Notes: generated by a model from the sequence alone, not told the origin. 64,000 nucleotides of DNA from Acidobacteriota bacterium (GCA_947482665.1 CANKJK010000012.1:1114-65113); one strand, 5' to 3'; shown: positions 50,299 through 59,467, counted from the stretch's first letter. A program made the numbers and translations.

Positions 50299-50787
50299 CT
50301 ATCGCTTCAGGGTTTCGTCGCCACGGCCGAGCGCAATGCCGCCGCTGCGCACCATCTCGATGATGCCGATGGCTTCCAGCTCACGGATGGCGGTGTCGAT
50401 CTGTTCTGGTCCGCCGGTCAGCTCCAGCGTGATGGTGTTCTCGCCGCTGTCGATGAGGCGCGCGCGGCCTTCGATGACGAACCGGTCCGCCAGGGTCCGG
50501 TTGGCCGGGGCACTGGCGACCTTGACCAGCGCCATGTCGCGCGCGACGGCCCGCCGGTCGCCGAGATCCTCCACCTGGAGGACGTTGACCACCTTGCTGA
50601 TGCTGGCAATCACGCGGTCCACCGAGCGCTTGTCGCTGTCGACCACGACCGTAATGCACGACATGCCGGGAGCGGTGCGGCCGGCGCTGACCGACACGAT
50701 GTTGAAGGAACGGCGCCTGAACTGCGACGACACCCGTTCAAGGACGCCAGGCTTGTCTTCGACGAGGGCGACAACTGTGAGATGCAT
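50299..50787 (-). CDS. ilvN: acetolactate synthase small (regulatory) subunit
   Basis: LTVVALVEDKPGVLERVSSQFRRRSFNIVSVSAG...VNVLQVEDL is the ACT plus ALS_ss_C layout. I chose the start at MHLTVV (50787). Confidence 0.85.
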   Translation of the reverse strand: MHLTVVALVEDKPGVLERVSSQFRRRSFNIVSVSAGRTAPGMSCITVVVDSDKRSVDRVIASISKVVNVLQVEDLGDRRAVARDMALVKVASAPANRTLADRFVIEGRARLIDSGENTITLELTGGPEQIDTAIRELEAIGIIEMVRSGGIALGRGDETLKR

Positions 50788-50929
50788 GGGGAGTGGACCC
50801 TGACGCGACGGCGTCAGCGGTCCGTACAAGTGTAGGCCACTTTGGGCGGTCGATTGGGGTCGGTGGCGGTGGGGTCGGGCTCTCGCGGGACGGCGTGGCG
50901 CCGGAGGGCGGTGCGGTACCATTGCGGGC

Positions 50930-51523
50930 ATGCCGCCGCGCCGTGTCATCGTGGGAATCACCGGGGCCACCGGAGTCATTTACGGGGTCCGGTTGCTTGA
51001 GCGCCTCCGGGACGCCGGAGTGGAGACGCACCTGGTCATCAGCCAGTGGGGCGCGCGCACGCTCCTGCACGAGATGCAGCTGGGGCGCCGGGACGTCGAG
51101 GCGCTGGCGAAGGCGGTCTATGCCCCGGGCGACATGGGCGCCGCCATTGCGAGCGGCTCCTTCCGGACCGACGGCATGGTCGTCGCGCCCTGCAGTGCCA
51201 AGACGCTGGCCGCGATCGCGCACGGGTTCGGAGACAACCTGATCCACCGCGCGGCTGACGTGATGCTCAAGGAACGCCGACGACTCGTGCTACTCCTGCG
51301 GGAGACGCCGCTCTCCACCATCCACCTCGAGAACGCCCTGGCCGCCACGCGGGCCGGAGCCATGATTCTGCCGCCCGTCCCGGCCTTCTATCAGCTGCCA
51401 CGCACCGTGGACGATCTGGTGCAGCACACCGTCGAGCGCGTGCTCGATCAGTTTGACGTCGAGATCGCCGATGCCCAGCGCTGGGACGGCGACATGGGCG
51501 CCGGCGCCCGCCTCGACGAATAG
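50930..51523 (+). CDS. ubiX: flavin prenyltransferase
   Basis: RVIVGITGATGVIYGVRLLERL...VVAPCSAKTLAAIAHGFGDNLIHRAADVMLKERRRLVLLLRETP. Confidence 0.9.
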   Translation: MPPRRVIVGITGATGVIYGVRLLERLRDAGVETHLVISQWGARTLLHEMQLGRRDVEALAKAVYAPGDMGAAIASGSFRTDGMVVAPCSAKTLAAIAHGFGDNLIHRAADVMLKERRRLVLLLRETPLSTIHLENALAATRAGAMILPPVPAFYQLPRTVDDLVQHTVERVLDQFDVEIADAQRWDGDMGAGARLDE

Positions 51524-51532
51524 GACCCGACC

Positions 51533-52564
51533 ATGCGCTACCGCCCCTTCGCCAACACCGGACTCTTCGTCTCGGAAATCTGTCTCGGCACGATGACCTT
51601 CGGCGCCGGGAGCGCCAACCCCACCTGGTCGGCCATCGGCCAGCTCGGTGCGCTCGACGTGCAGCGCATGGTGGGCGCCGCGCTCGATGCCGGCGTCAAC
51701 TTCATCGATACCGCCGATGTGTATTCCGGCGGGCAGTCCGAGATGCTCGTCGGCGAGGCGCTGGCCGCACTGGGACGCCCGCGCGAGGGCGTCATCGTCG
51801 CCACCAAGGTGCGCGGCCGCACCGGCCCCGGCCCCAATGAGATCGGCCTCTCGCGCGCGCACATCCTGAGCGCGGTGGATTCGAGCCTGCGCCGGCTGCG
51901 CCTGGACTACATCGACCTCTATCAGATTCACGGCACCGACGCGGCGACCCCGATTGAAGAGACCGTCCGCGCGCTGGATGACCTGGTCCGCGCCGGCAAG
52001 GTGCGCTACGTCGGCTTCTCGAATCTGGCGGCGTGGCAGGCGATGAAGGCGCTGGGCTATGCCGATGCGCGGGGCTATGCCCGCTTCGTGAGCGCGCAGG
52101 TCTACTACTCCCTCGTGGGGCGCGACATCGAACGCGAGATCGTGCCGCTCGCCGAGGACCAGCAACTCGCGATTCTGCCGTGGAGCCCGCTGGCGGGTGG
52201 GCTTCTGTCTGGGAAGTACGACCCCTCGGGCGCCGGGCCCGAAGGCGCGCGCCGCACCCAGTTCGACTTCCCACCGGTGAACCCGGATCGCCTCGCGGTC
52301 GTCCTCCCCGCATTGCGGAAGGTCTCCGCCGAGACCGGCGTGTCGGTGCCACGCCTGGCGCTGGCGTGGGTGCTCTCGAAGCCCTTCGTGACCAGCGTCA
52401 TCATCGGCGCCAAGAGCCAGGCTCAGTTCGAGGACAACGTGGCCGCGGGTGACGTGCGTCTCTCGGCCGAACACCTGGCGGAGCTCGATGCGGCCAGCGC
52501 GCTCGCGCCGGAATACCCGGGCTGGATGATGGCCTGGCAGGGCCGGGGCCGCCGGCCGGAGTAG
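51533..52564 (+). CDS. aldo/keto reductase
   Basis: CLGTMTFG...GVNFIDTADVYSGGQSE...LDYIDLYQIHG...GKVRYVGFSN. Confidence 0.9.
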   Translation: MRYRPFANTGLFVSEICLGTMTFGAGSANPTWSAIGQLGALDVQRMVGAALDAGVNFIDTADVYSGGQSEMLVGEALAALGRPREGVIVATKVRGRTGPGPNEIGLSRAHILSAVDSSLRRLRLDYIDLYQIHGTDAATPIEETVRALDDLVRAGKVRYVGFSNLAAWQAMKALGYADARGYARFVSAQVYYSLVGRDIEREIVPLAEDQQLAILPWSPLAGGLLSGKYDPSGAGPEGARRTQFDFPPVNPDRLAVVLPALRKVSAETGVSVPRLALAWVLSKPFVTSVIIGAKSQAQFEDNVAAGDVRLSAEHLAELDAASALAPEYPGWMMAWQGRGRRPE

Positions 52565-52582
52565 GCACCGATCCCCGGCGCA

Positions 52583-52615
52583 TTGCTCGGTTTGTGCATA
52601 TTGTCCATAATGGAC
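52583..52615 (+). promoter_or_regulatory. sigma-70-like promoter (TTGCTC-N17-CATAAT) with overlapping palindrome GTCCAT-A-ATGGAC in front of the antitoxin gene
   Basis: An AT-rich patch in GC-rich DNA. The -10 ends 6 nt before the ATG at 52618, which implies a very short or absent leader. The 13-nt palindrome at 52603-52615 overlaps the -10. Confidence 0.45.
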
Positions 52616-52617
52616 GT

Positions 52618-53016
52618 ATGGCACAGACCGCAAAGCGCAGCACCGTCGCCCCTGCCACCGTCGCCCCTGCCGCCGCCACGCCCCGCGCCGTGGCCCTTGC
52701 CGCGCCGATGACCGTCACCGCCACCGAGGCCAAGACGCGCTTCGGTCCGCTGCTCGAGCGCGCCATTCAGGGCCACACGGTCGTCATCACCCGGCACAAC
52801 ACCGCGAAGGCCGTGCTGATTCCGATGGCGGAGTACGAAGCGCTCACCGCGCGGCGCACGCCGGATTTACCGGCGGAACTCACCGCTGAGTTCGACGCGC
52901 TGCTGGCCTCCATGCAGACACCCGAGAGTCGCGCGGCCATGCGCACCGCGTTCAACATGTCGCCACAGGAACTGGGCCGCCATGCCGCGGCCTATCACCG
53001 ACAGCAGCGTGGCTGA
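52618..53016 (+). CDS. Phd/YefM-family antitoxin with an Ala/Pro-rich N-terminal extension
   Basis: TATEAKTRFGPLLERAIQGHTVVITRHNTAKAVLIPMAEYEAL is the Phd/YefM core. An alternative GTG start is at 52594. Confidence 0.7.
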   Translation: MAQTAKRSTVAPATVAPAAATPRAVALAAPMTVTATEAKTRFGPLLERAIQGHTVVITRHNTAKAVLIPMAEYEALTARRTPDLPAELTAEFDALLASMQTPESRAAMRTAFNMSPQELGRHAAAYHRQQRG

Positions 53017-53656
53017 CGTGGACCGCGGCCGGATCTACGTGCTGGCCGGCACGAACGGAGCGGGCAAGAGCAGCGTTGCGGGTGTGGCGATCCGCAGGGC
53101 GGGGGCGAACTACTACAACCCCGACGAAGCTACGCGCCGCATCCGCACGGCGCGCCCGGAGATTTCAGAAGCCGAGGCCAACGGTTCGGCGTGGCTGCAA
53201 GGGACGCATCTGCTCGAGCAGGCGATCGACGCGCGTCTCACCTTCGCCTTTGAAACGACGCTCGGTGGCCACACCATCGCCGAACTGCTGGAGCGTGCGA
53301 TCGAAGAAGGCCTGGAGGTCCGGATCTGGTTCGTGGGGCTGGACGCACCGGAGCGGCACATCGCCCGCGTGCAGGCGCGCGTGGCGCACGGCGGCCACGA
53401 TATTCCCGAAGACAAGATCCGTGAGCGGTACGAAGCCAGCCGGTTGAACCTGCTCCGACTCCTGCCGCGCCTCACCGAGCTTCGGCTCTACGACAACAGC
53501 GTCGAGGCCGATCCGGCGACGGGCCACACGCCAGAGCCGCTCCTCGTGCTGCACGTGGTGGAGGGCGTCGTGGCGGAGATGTGCCCGCCCCTCACCGTGC
53601 CGCACTGGGCCAAGCCCATCGTGGCCGCGGCGCTCCGGGGGCAGGCGCCACGGTAG
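52982..53656 (+). CDS. zeta-toxin-like P-loop kinase (COG4185-type ATPase)
   Basis: Walker A YVLAGTNGAGKSS. FAFETTLGG. RIWFVGLDAPERHIARVQARVAHGGHDIPEDKIRERY. It overlaps the antitoxin 3' end. An alternative GTG start is at 53009. Confidence 0.7.
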   Translation: MPRPITDSSVADVDRGRIYVLAGTNGAGKSSVAGVAIRRAGANYYNPDEATRRIRTARPEISEAEANGSAWLQGTHLLEQAIDARLTFAFETTLGGHTIAELLERAIEEGLEVRIWFVGLDAPERHIARVQARVAHGGHDIPEDKIRERYEASRLNLLRLLPRLTELRLYDNSVEADPATGHTPEPLLVLHVVEGVVAEMCPPLTVPHWAKPIVAAALRGQAPR

Positions 53657-53690
53657 CCCCGCCCAGCGTCAGCCACGACGCGCGGGATCC

Positions 53691-54650
53691 TTACGACAGT
53701 TGCTCGGCCCGCTCCCGGGCGTGCGCAACGGCCCGCTCGGCGCTCTGCAGCGCGTCGGCTGCGGCTTCCGCCGTCCGCGCCCGTTCGTGCGCGATGGCCA
53801 GCGCCGCGTCCGCCTTGCCGGCGGCTGCGTCGTAGCGGCGATCGACCGTCGCCTTTTCCCGCTCCACGGCGGCCTTGGCCCGTGTGGCCATCTTGGCCCG
53901 CTCGGCCGCGTTCTTCAGCGCCATCTCCGCCTGCCGTGCCGCGGTCTGCGCCTTTGCCAACTCGCGTTCGGCCTCGCGCAGCGCCCTGGCCGCGGTGCCA
54001 CGCGCGGCGGCGTCGTCGCGTTTCTGCCGGGAGGCTGCCGACTCCTTTGTCTCTCCCGGTCGAAGAGCGCCGGGCGGGCCGAAGGGCACGACCGCGGCCG
54101 CGCCAGCGTCGCGGCTTGGCGCGCCAGTGTCGCGGGGAATGAGCGCCGTCAGCGCCTCGAAACCCTGCGGTGCGAGCTCCGCGATGAGGCGCCCGCGCGG
54201 CGGCGCAAAGAGAGTGGTCCCTAAGGTTGCCAGGGCTTCCAGCGTCGTCGTGATGCGTCTCAGGACGTCTGGAGTGGGCGTGTGCCCGTGCGCGCGCAGG
54301 AGCTCCGTCGCGGCCGAGACGGCTGCAGCCAGCGCGTCGCGGCGCTCGTCGAAGGCGGCCCGCAGGTCGGGCCCCCCTCCGGTCAGCCGCGCCGTCTGCG
54401 CCTGGCGGAAGCGATCACCGGCGGCAATCAGGTGATCCATCACCGCCGTCCGCTTCCAGTGGAGCTGGTTGATTGCCCAGACCGGCACGGGCGGTCTGGG
54501 GAATGCCTTTACGCGTGCCGATTCCTCATTCAGACCCCGCTTTTTCAACTCGGCGACCAGGGTGTTCCTGGCGCCGATGAAGGACTCCAGCGGGAGTTTG
54601 AAGAGGGCCGCGATCTCGTTTTCGGCCTGAAAACCGGCCTCAATTGCCAT
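53691..54650 (-). CDS. hypothetical protein with Ala/Arg/Glu-rich coiled-coil C-terminus
   Basis: The ORF has good third-position G/C bias. I recognise no family. I chose the start at MAIEAGF. Confidence 0.45.
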   Translation of the reverse strand: MAIEAGFQAENEIAALFKLPLESFIGARNTLVAELKKRGLNEESARVKAFPRPPVPVWAINQLHWKRTAVMDHLIAAGDRFRQAQTARLTGGGPDLRAAFDERRDALAAAVSAATELLRAHGHTPTPDVLRRITTTLEALATLGTTLFAPPRGRLIAELAPQGFEALTALIPRDTGAPSRDAGAAAVVPFGPPGALRPGETKESAASRQKRDDAAARGTAARALREAERELAKAQTAARQAEMALKNAAERAKMATRAKAAVEREKATVDRRYDAAAGKADAALAIAHERARTAEAAADALQSAERAVAHARERAEQLS

Positions 54651-54707
54651 GTGACCTAGTCTGTCACAGGCCCTTCGTAGGCTGATGCCAGAGAGAGAGG
54701 AGATTTC

Positions 54708-55052
54708 ATGTCCGCCCTTCAACAGCTGGCTCTATACGAACCCACCGCCCCCGTGGCACCCATGCCGCGCGCCCGCGCGCCGCGTCCGGTCACCTCCAGG
54801 GTGTGCGCCGGGTGCCGCGCCAAGGAAGCCCGCTACGGCTTCCGCGACGGCCACCGCCAGGAAAACAGCCGCACGCTGTGCTTCGAGTGCTTCCGGATGG
54901 AACTGGACCGCCGGCACTCCGTGGCAGAGCGCCTGGCCCACGGCTGGGATGGGAGCCAGGAGGCGCTTCCACTGGCGCAGGTGCTGGAAGATGCGACGCG
55001 CCGTCGCCGGCGTGCGCAGATCGCCGCCCGACACGCACTCGGCCTGCGCTGA
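54708..55052 (+). CDS. small zinc-ribbon protein (CxxC...CxxC), unknown function
   Basis: RVCAGCRAKEARYGF...TLCFECFRMELDRR. Divergent from 53691-54650. Confidence 0.45.
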   Translation: MSALQQLALYEPTAPVAPMPRARAPRPVTSRVCAGCRAKEARYGFRDGHRQENSRTLCFECFRMELDRRHSVAERLAHGWDGSQEALPLAQVLEDATRRRRRAQIAARHALGLR

Positions 55053-55177
55053 TTCGGGGAGCGCCCCGGGCCGCGCTGACTCAGGCGGCGCCGATTCCGC
55101 CAGCGCCGCGTGGCGCAGCGCCGCTGCAGGTAGCGCCGATTCAGAGGGCGCCAATTCAGAGGGCACTGTCCCCAGTG
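55046..55177. repeat. degenerate 15-bp tandem repeat, about 8-9 units, consensus GCGCCGATTCAGAGG
   Basis: Units as read: gcgctgattcgggga / gcgccccgggcc (12 nt) / gcgctgactcaggcg / gcgccgattccgcca / gcgccgcgtggcgca / gcgccgctgcaggta / gcgccgattcagagg / gcgccaattcagagg / gcactgtccccagtg. It lies between convergent genes. Confidence 0.7.
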
Positions 55178-55184
55178 CGCGCGG

Positions 55185-56837
55185 TTACGGCAGGCGCAGG
55201 AGGCGCATCGTATCGAGGCGCCGCACGGAAGTGATCACGGCGTCCGCGGAGATCCGGTCGACGATCTCCACCATGTAGCCGCTGGCCGCGAAGGTCCTGG
55301 CCGTCGTTGCCCTCACGACGACCACGCCTTCGCCGGCCGCCGGCGACCACTCCGGCACGTCGCGCCGCAGGTAGTAGTCGAGGCCGTAGTCCATCGTGCG
55401 TTCGAGGCCGAACTCGTAGATCGGGCGTCCTTTCGCTTCACGCAGTGCCGCGACGGCCGCGGCGCGCGAGGTCAGCAGCGGATCGAGCACGGGCGCGACA
55501 CGGCCCATCACCCCGATGACGAGGATGGCCATCACCGCCGCGGTCAGTCCGAGGGCGATCCACTCCCGAAGCCGCAGGCTGAGCAGGATGATGCCGACTC
55601 CGGTCGCGGCAATCGCGATGGCCCACGTGGTGAGGCCGAGTGCCTCGATGGTCGGCACAAGGGACGCCGGCAGAAGGGGCCGCGCCGCGAATGCCAGCAC
55701 GCTCCCCGCCGCCAGGAGCGTGGCGCCCACGCTGGCGAGCAGTGCCCGGCCGCGCCCAGGGGCCGCGAGTGATTCCGCCATCGCGCGGGCCATCAGCAGC
55801 GCGAGCGGCGGAAACATCGGCAGGATGTAGCCCGGCAGCTTCGAGCGCGACACGCTGAAGAAGACAAACGGCACCACCGCCCAGCAGAGCGCGAGCACCG
55901 GCACCGCGCCGCGCCGGAGCGCCGCGTCACGCCAGGCGTCCCGGAGCGCCGGAACCAGGAGCGCCGTCCACGGCATGAGGCCGGCCACCAGCACGCCCGC
56001 GAAGTACCACCACGGCTGCTCGTGGGCGAAGACCGGCGTCAGGAATCGCTGAAGGTTGTGCTCGAAGAGGAAGACGCGCAGGAAGTCCGGATTGCGGGCC
56101 GCGCAGAGCGCGTACCACGGCAGCGCGACGACCGCGAACACCGCCAGCGAGGCGGGAGGCATGAAGGCCAGCACCAGGCGCCAGTTCCGCAGCACCAGTG
56201 CCCAGAGCACGAGGCTGCCGCCGGCGAGGAGCACCGCGGCCGGGCCCTTGGCCAGCACGGCGAGGCCGAGCGCGCAGCCCCAGGCCAACTGCCACAGTCG
56301 GCGCTCACCGGTGCGGCCCACCGCACGCAGGCTCGTGGACTGCGCCAGCGCTAGTTCGCCCAGCCGGGCAGCGGCCACGAACGCCAGCGTGAGCGTCGAG
56401 GCAAAGACCATGTCCGTGCTCGCCGCCCTGGCAAAGGCGATGGTGGCCAGCATCGAGGGGAGGATGAAGCCGAGCGCCAGCGCCGGGCCGCCGCCCCAGG
56501 TGCGCGCCGCGAGCGCCACGAGGGCGAGCGCCGCCAGCGAGATCGCAACGGCCGACGGCAGGCGTGCCGCCGTCTCGGATTCTCCGAAGACGCGGAAGGC
56601 GGCCGCCGCGCTCCAGTAATAGAGCACCGGCTTTTCAAACCACGGCTGGCCATTGAGCCGCGGCGTGACCCAGTCGCCTGATTCCGCCATCGCACGCGCG
56701 ATGGAAACGTAGCGTGGTTCGTCCGGACCGACCAGGCCAAGGCGGCCGGCGCCGCTGAACCACGTGGTCCAGGCAATGGCCACGGCGAGCACGGCCAGAA
56801 GCAGTTGATGGCGGGTCAGTGAGAGCGGGCTCGGCAT
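55185..56837 (-). CDS. ArnT/PMT-like (GT39/GT83-type) membrane glycosyltransferase
   Basis: LVGPDEPRYVSIARAMAESGDWVTPRLNGQPWFEKPVLYYW is the hallmark N-terminal loop. More than 10 TM helices. Confidence 0.8.
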   Translation of the reverse strand: MPSPLSLTRHQLLLAVLAVAIAWTTWFSGAGRLGLVGPDEPRYVSIARAMAESGDWVTPRLNGQPWFEKPVLYYWSAAAAFRVFGESETAARLPSAVAISLAALALVALAARTWGGGPALALGFILPSMLATIAFARAASTDMVFASTLTLAFVAAARLGELALAQSTSLRAVGRTGERRLWQLAWGCALGLAVLAKGPAAVLLAGGSLVLWALVLRNWRLVLAFMPPASLAVFAVVALPWYALCAARNPDFLRVFLFEHNLQRFLTPVFAHEQPWWYFAGVLVAGLMPWTALLVPALRDAWRDAALRRGAVPVLALCWAVVPFVFFSVSRSKLPGYILPMFPPLALLMARAMAESLAAPGRGRALLASVGATLLAAGSVLAFAARPLLPASLVPTIEALGLTTWAIAIAATGVGIILLSLRLREWIALGLTAAVMAILVIGVMGRVAPVLDPLLTSRAAAVAALREAKGRPIYEFGLERTMDYGLDYYLRRDVPEWSPAAGEGVVVVRATTARTFAASGYMVEIVDRISADAVITSVRRLDTMRLLRLP

Positions 56838-56901
56838 CCGGCGAAGGGGCAGGCGGCAGAAGGCCGCGCAGGCCCGGTCATTGTGTCACGCGCGGACCGC
56901 T

Positions 56902-58056
56902 ATGATCGGGCGGATGGCATCGGTGCTCGTCGGCTCGGCCTTCGTGGCCAAGTACCCGAATGGGGGAGGCAACTATTGGGTGCCGCTCCAGTATCTGCGC
57001 GGCCTGCGCGACCTCGGCGTGGACGCGTGGTGGCTGGAACTGGTGGCGACCACCGGCAACGCATCCACCGACCGCCTGTTCCGCGAGACCTTCCTCGACT
57101 CCGCGCGCCGCCTCGGTGTGGCGGACCACGTCGTGCTGATGGAGTTCCCCGAGGGCTATGACCATCCGGACCGGCGGAACATCTACGGCATGCCTGCCGC
57201 GGAGTTGGCCGCCCGCTGCCGCGATGGCGTGCTGCTCAATCTGGCCGAGAGCGTGCCGAAGCACATTCGCCCTGAGTTCGGCCGCACGGTGCTGATGGAC
57301 ATCGACCCGGGGCCGTTCCAGATCTGGGGCCGGCAGTGGGACTTCGGGATCGGCACCCACGATGTGCACGTGACCATCGGCCAGCATCTCGGCGCGGTCG
57401 ACTCCCCGGTGCCGCTGGGCGACGTGGTGTGGCACAAAGTGTGGCCCACCGTGCATCTGCCCTCGTGGCCTGTGCAGCCGTCGCCCGGGCGGTGCTTCAC
57501 CACCGTCACGCAGTGGTGGAGCCAGGAGTACGCGTTTCTCGACGGCGAAACCTTCGACTGCAACAAGCGCACGAGCTTCATCGAGTTCGTGGACCTGCCC
57601 GGGCGCACCCGCGCGTCACTGGAGCTGGCCGCCAACATCCATCCCACGGAGACCGAGGATCTGGCGCTGCTCGCCACCAAGGGCTGGGCCGTGTGCGCGC
57701 CCGAGAGCGTGGTCCGGACGCCGGAGCAGTATCGCGATTACGTGCAGACCTCGCGCGGGGAGTTCAGCTGCGCCAAGCCCGCCTATGTGAAGGCCCGCTC
57801 CGGCTGGGTGAGCGACCGCACGATTTGTTACCTCGCCAGCGGCCGGCCCGCCGTCGTGCAGGACACCGGCGCGGCTATGCATCTGCCGGAGACCGCCGGG
57901 CTGCAGTTCTTCCGCACGATCGATGAGGCGGCCGCGGCCCTGGACCGCGTGGAGGCGGATTACGCCCGCGCTGCGCGCGAGGCCCGCGAGCTGGCGCACA
58001 GCGTCTTCAGCACGGCCGTCGTCCTGCCGCGGATCCTCGGCCTCGCGGGGCTCTAG
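56902..58056 (+). CDS. putative GT-B-fold glycosyltransferase-like protein
   Basis: The C-terminal SRGEFSCAKPAYVKARSGWVSDRTICYLASGRPAVVQDTG...FFRTIDEAAAAL resembles the sugar-donor half of GT-B enzymes. The start is uncertain (56881, 56902 or 56914). Confidence 0.35.
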   Translation: MIGRMASVLVGSAFVAKYPNGGGNYWVPLQYLRGLRDLGVDAWWLELVATTGNASTDRLFRETFLDSARRLGVADHVVLMEFPEGYDHPDRRNIYGMPAAELAARCRDGVLLNLAESVPKHIRPEFGRTVLMDIDPGPFQIWGRQWDFGIGTHDVHVTIGQHLGAVDSPVPLGDVVWHKVWPTVHLPSWPVQPSPGRCFTTVTQWWSQEYAFLDGETFDCNKRTSFIEFVDLPGRTRASLELAANIHPTETEDLALLATKGWAVCAPESVVRTPEQYRDYVQTSRGEFSCAKPAYVKARSGWVSDRTICYLASGRPAVVQDTGAAMHLPETAGLQFFRTIDEAAAALDRVEADYARAAREARELAHSVFSTAVVLPRILGLAGL

Positions 58057-58164
58057 CGCCGCTGCCCGCTGGTGGTGTCGGAATCCCGAGCCACTGGTGG
58101 CATGGCTTGCGCGCGGACTCAAGCGCGTGCCAACCGTGCCGATTGATGCAGCGTGAGGCCAACC

Positions 58165-58389
58165 ATGCGCTGTGAAGACTTCGACGACATTGACGCTCTT
58201 GAGCCAGTGGACTTTTCCGAGGAATGTGCCGAAGAGGCGGGCATTGCCGAGGCTATCCGGCAGGTGAAGCGCAGCGCCGTGCTGATGCGGGTGGCTGTGC
58301 TCGTGATTGCCGCCGCTGTTGGATTTGGCGTGCTGGCCCGGCCCGCCACGCTCCACGCCATCGGCGTGGTGGCGCTCGACGTGCGCTAG
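58165..58389 (+). CDS. small protein with an acidic N-terminus and one TM helix (hypothetical)
   Basis: MRCEDFDDIDALEPVDFSEECAEEAG... then VAVLVIAAAVGFGVL. A GC hairpin at 58390-58415 follows directly. Weak support. Confidence 0.3.
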   Translation: MRCEDFDDIDALEPVDFSEECAEEAGIAEAIRQVKRSAVLMRVAVLVIAAAVGFGVLARPATLHAIGVVALDVR

Positions 58390-58490
58390 GGCTGCCGGGT
58401 CGGTCGCCCGCAGCCGGGCGCCGCAGGTCTTCCATTCGGTCTGTCAGATACGACGGAGCGCGCGTCCCGGTCCCTGTATTCTGTCAGCGC

Positions 58491-59348
58491 GTGTTCAGGG
58501 CATCTCTGTCGTGGCGGGAACTGGCGCACCGGACGTGGCGCGCCGTGATCGATGACGATGTGCCCGGGCTTGCGGCGCAGCTCTCCTACTACTTCTTTCT
58601 GGCGCTGTTTCCCGCGCTGCTGTGCCTGCTCGCGCTGGCCAGCTTCTTCCCCTTGTCTGATGTGACGGACGACGTGGGCCGTGCGCTCGGGCCGTTCGTG
58701 TCGTCGCAGGTCCTGAGCCTCATTCAGGAGCAGATGCGGCGACTCGCCAACAGCGCGAATGGCGGCCTGCTGACCGTGGGCGGCGTCGGCGCGCTGTGGA
58801 CCAGTTCCGCGGCGCTGGTTTCGATCGTGGGCGCGCTGAACCGTGCATGCGGCGTCCGGGAAGGGCGGCCCTGGTGGAAGGTGCGCCTGGTCGCGATGGC
58901 GCTCACCCTTGGCGTCGTGCTGCTCATCCTGGTGGCGCTCTCGCTCGTGCTCGTGGGGCCGGTGGTTGCCCAGTGGCTCGGCCGGATCACCGGGTGGGGC
59001 GTGCCGTTTGAGTGGGCGTGGTTTGCCCTGCAGTGGCCGCTCGTGTTCCTCTTCGCCGCGACCGGGATCGGCCTGGTCTACTATTTCGGCCCCGACACGC
59101 ATCAGCGCTGGGCGTGGATTGCGCCAGGCGCCGTGGGCGCGTCGCTCCTCTGGCTGCTGGCCTCGATCGCCTTCAAGCTCTATGTCGTCAGGTTCACCGA
59201 TTTCGAAGCCTCGTATGGCACCGTCGGCGGGGTCATCGTGGTGCTGCTCTGGTTCTACCTCTCGGGTGTCGCCGTGCTCGCGGGAGCGGAGTTGAACGCC
59301 GAGATCGGGCGCGCCTCCAGAAACGCCGAAGGCCCCGCTGCCTTTTAG
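58491..59348 (+). CDS. YihY/BrkB-family membrane protein
   Basis: WRAVIDDDVPGLAAQLSYYFFLALFPALLCLLAL...GGVIVVLLWFYLSGVAVLAGAELNA. I chose the GTG start at 58491. Confidence 0.8.
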   Translation: MFRASLSWRELAHRTWRAVIDDDVPGLAAQLSYYFFLALFPALLCLLALASFFPLSDVTDDVGRALGPFVSSQVLSLIQEQMRRLANSANGGLLTVGGVGALWTSSAALVSIVGALNRACGVREGRPWWKVRLVAMALTLGVVLLILVALSLVLVGPVVAQWLGRITGWGVPFEWAWFALQWPLVFLFAATGIGLVYYFGPDTHQRWAWIAPGAVGASLLWLLASIAFKLYVVRFTDFEASYGTVGGVIVVLLWFYLSGVAVLAGAELNAEIGRASRNAEGPAAF

Positions 59349-59467
59349 ATTGGGCCCGATCCGGAGTGGCAGCTATACTGGAGGCCGTCTCCGCGTCCCC
59401 CGGCTCCGGCCAGCGCGGTGAGGTTCCGGGCTCTTCCACTCGCCCGCGAACGGTTGATTCCCAATAC

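Noticed and set aside
50788-50929. A possible leader/attenuator upstream of ilvN (hairpin CTGACGC-GACG-GCGTCAG).
   Set aside because: The stem is short (7 bp), with no U-tract, no leader peptide rich in Ile/Leu/Val codons and no T-box features.
54685-55278. ORFs 54685-55278(+) and 54803-55234(+), which translate the 15-bp repeat as pentapeptide repeats (…APIQRAPIQR…, …GADSASAAWRSAAAGSADSEGANSEG…).
   Set aside because: They overlap the better-supported zinc-ribbon ORF and the 3' end of the ArnT-like gene. They have no RBS or signal features. The periodicity is explained by the DNA repeat itself.
59352-59381. A sigma-70-like promoter TTGGGC-N18-TATACT upstream of tRNA-Ser(GGA).
   Set aside because: It lies about 85 nt from the mature tRNA 5' end, has a weak -35 and suboptimal spacing. 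It is too speculative to list as a feature.
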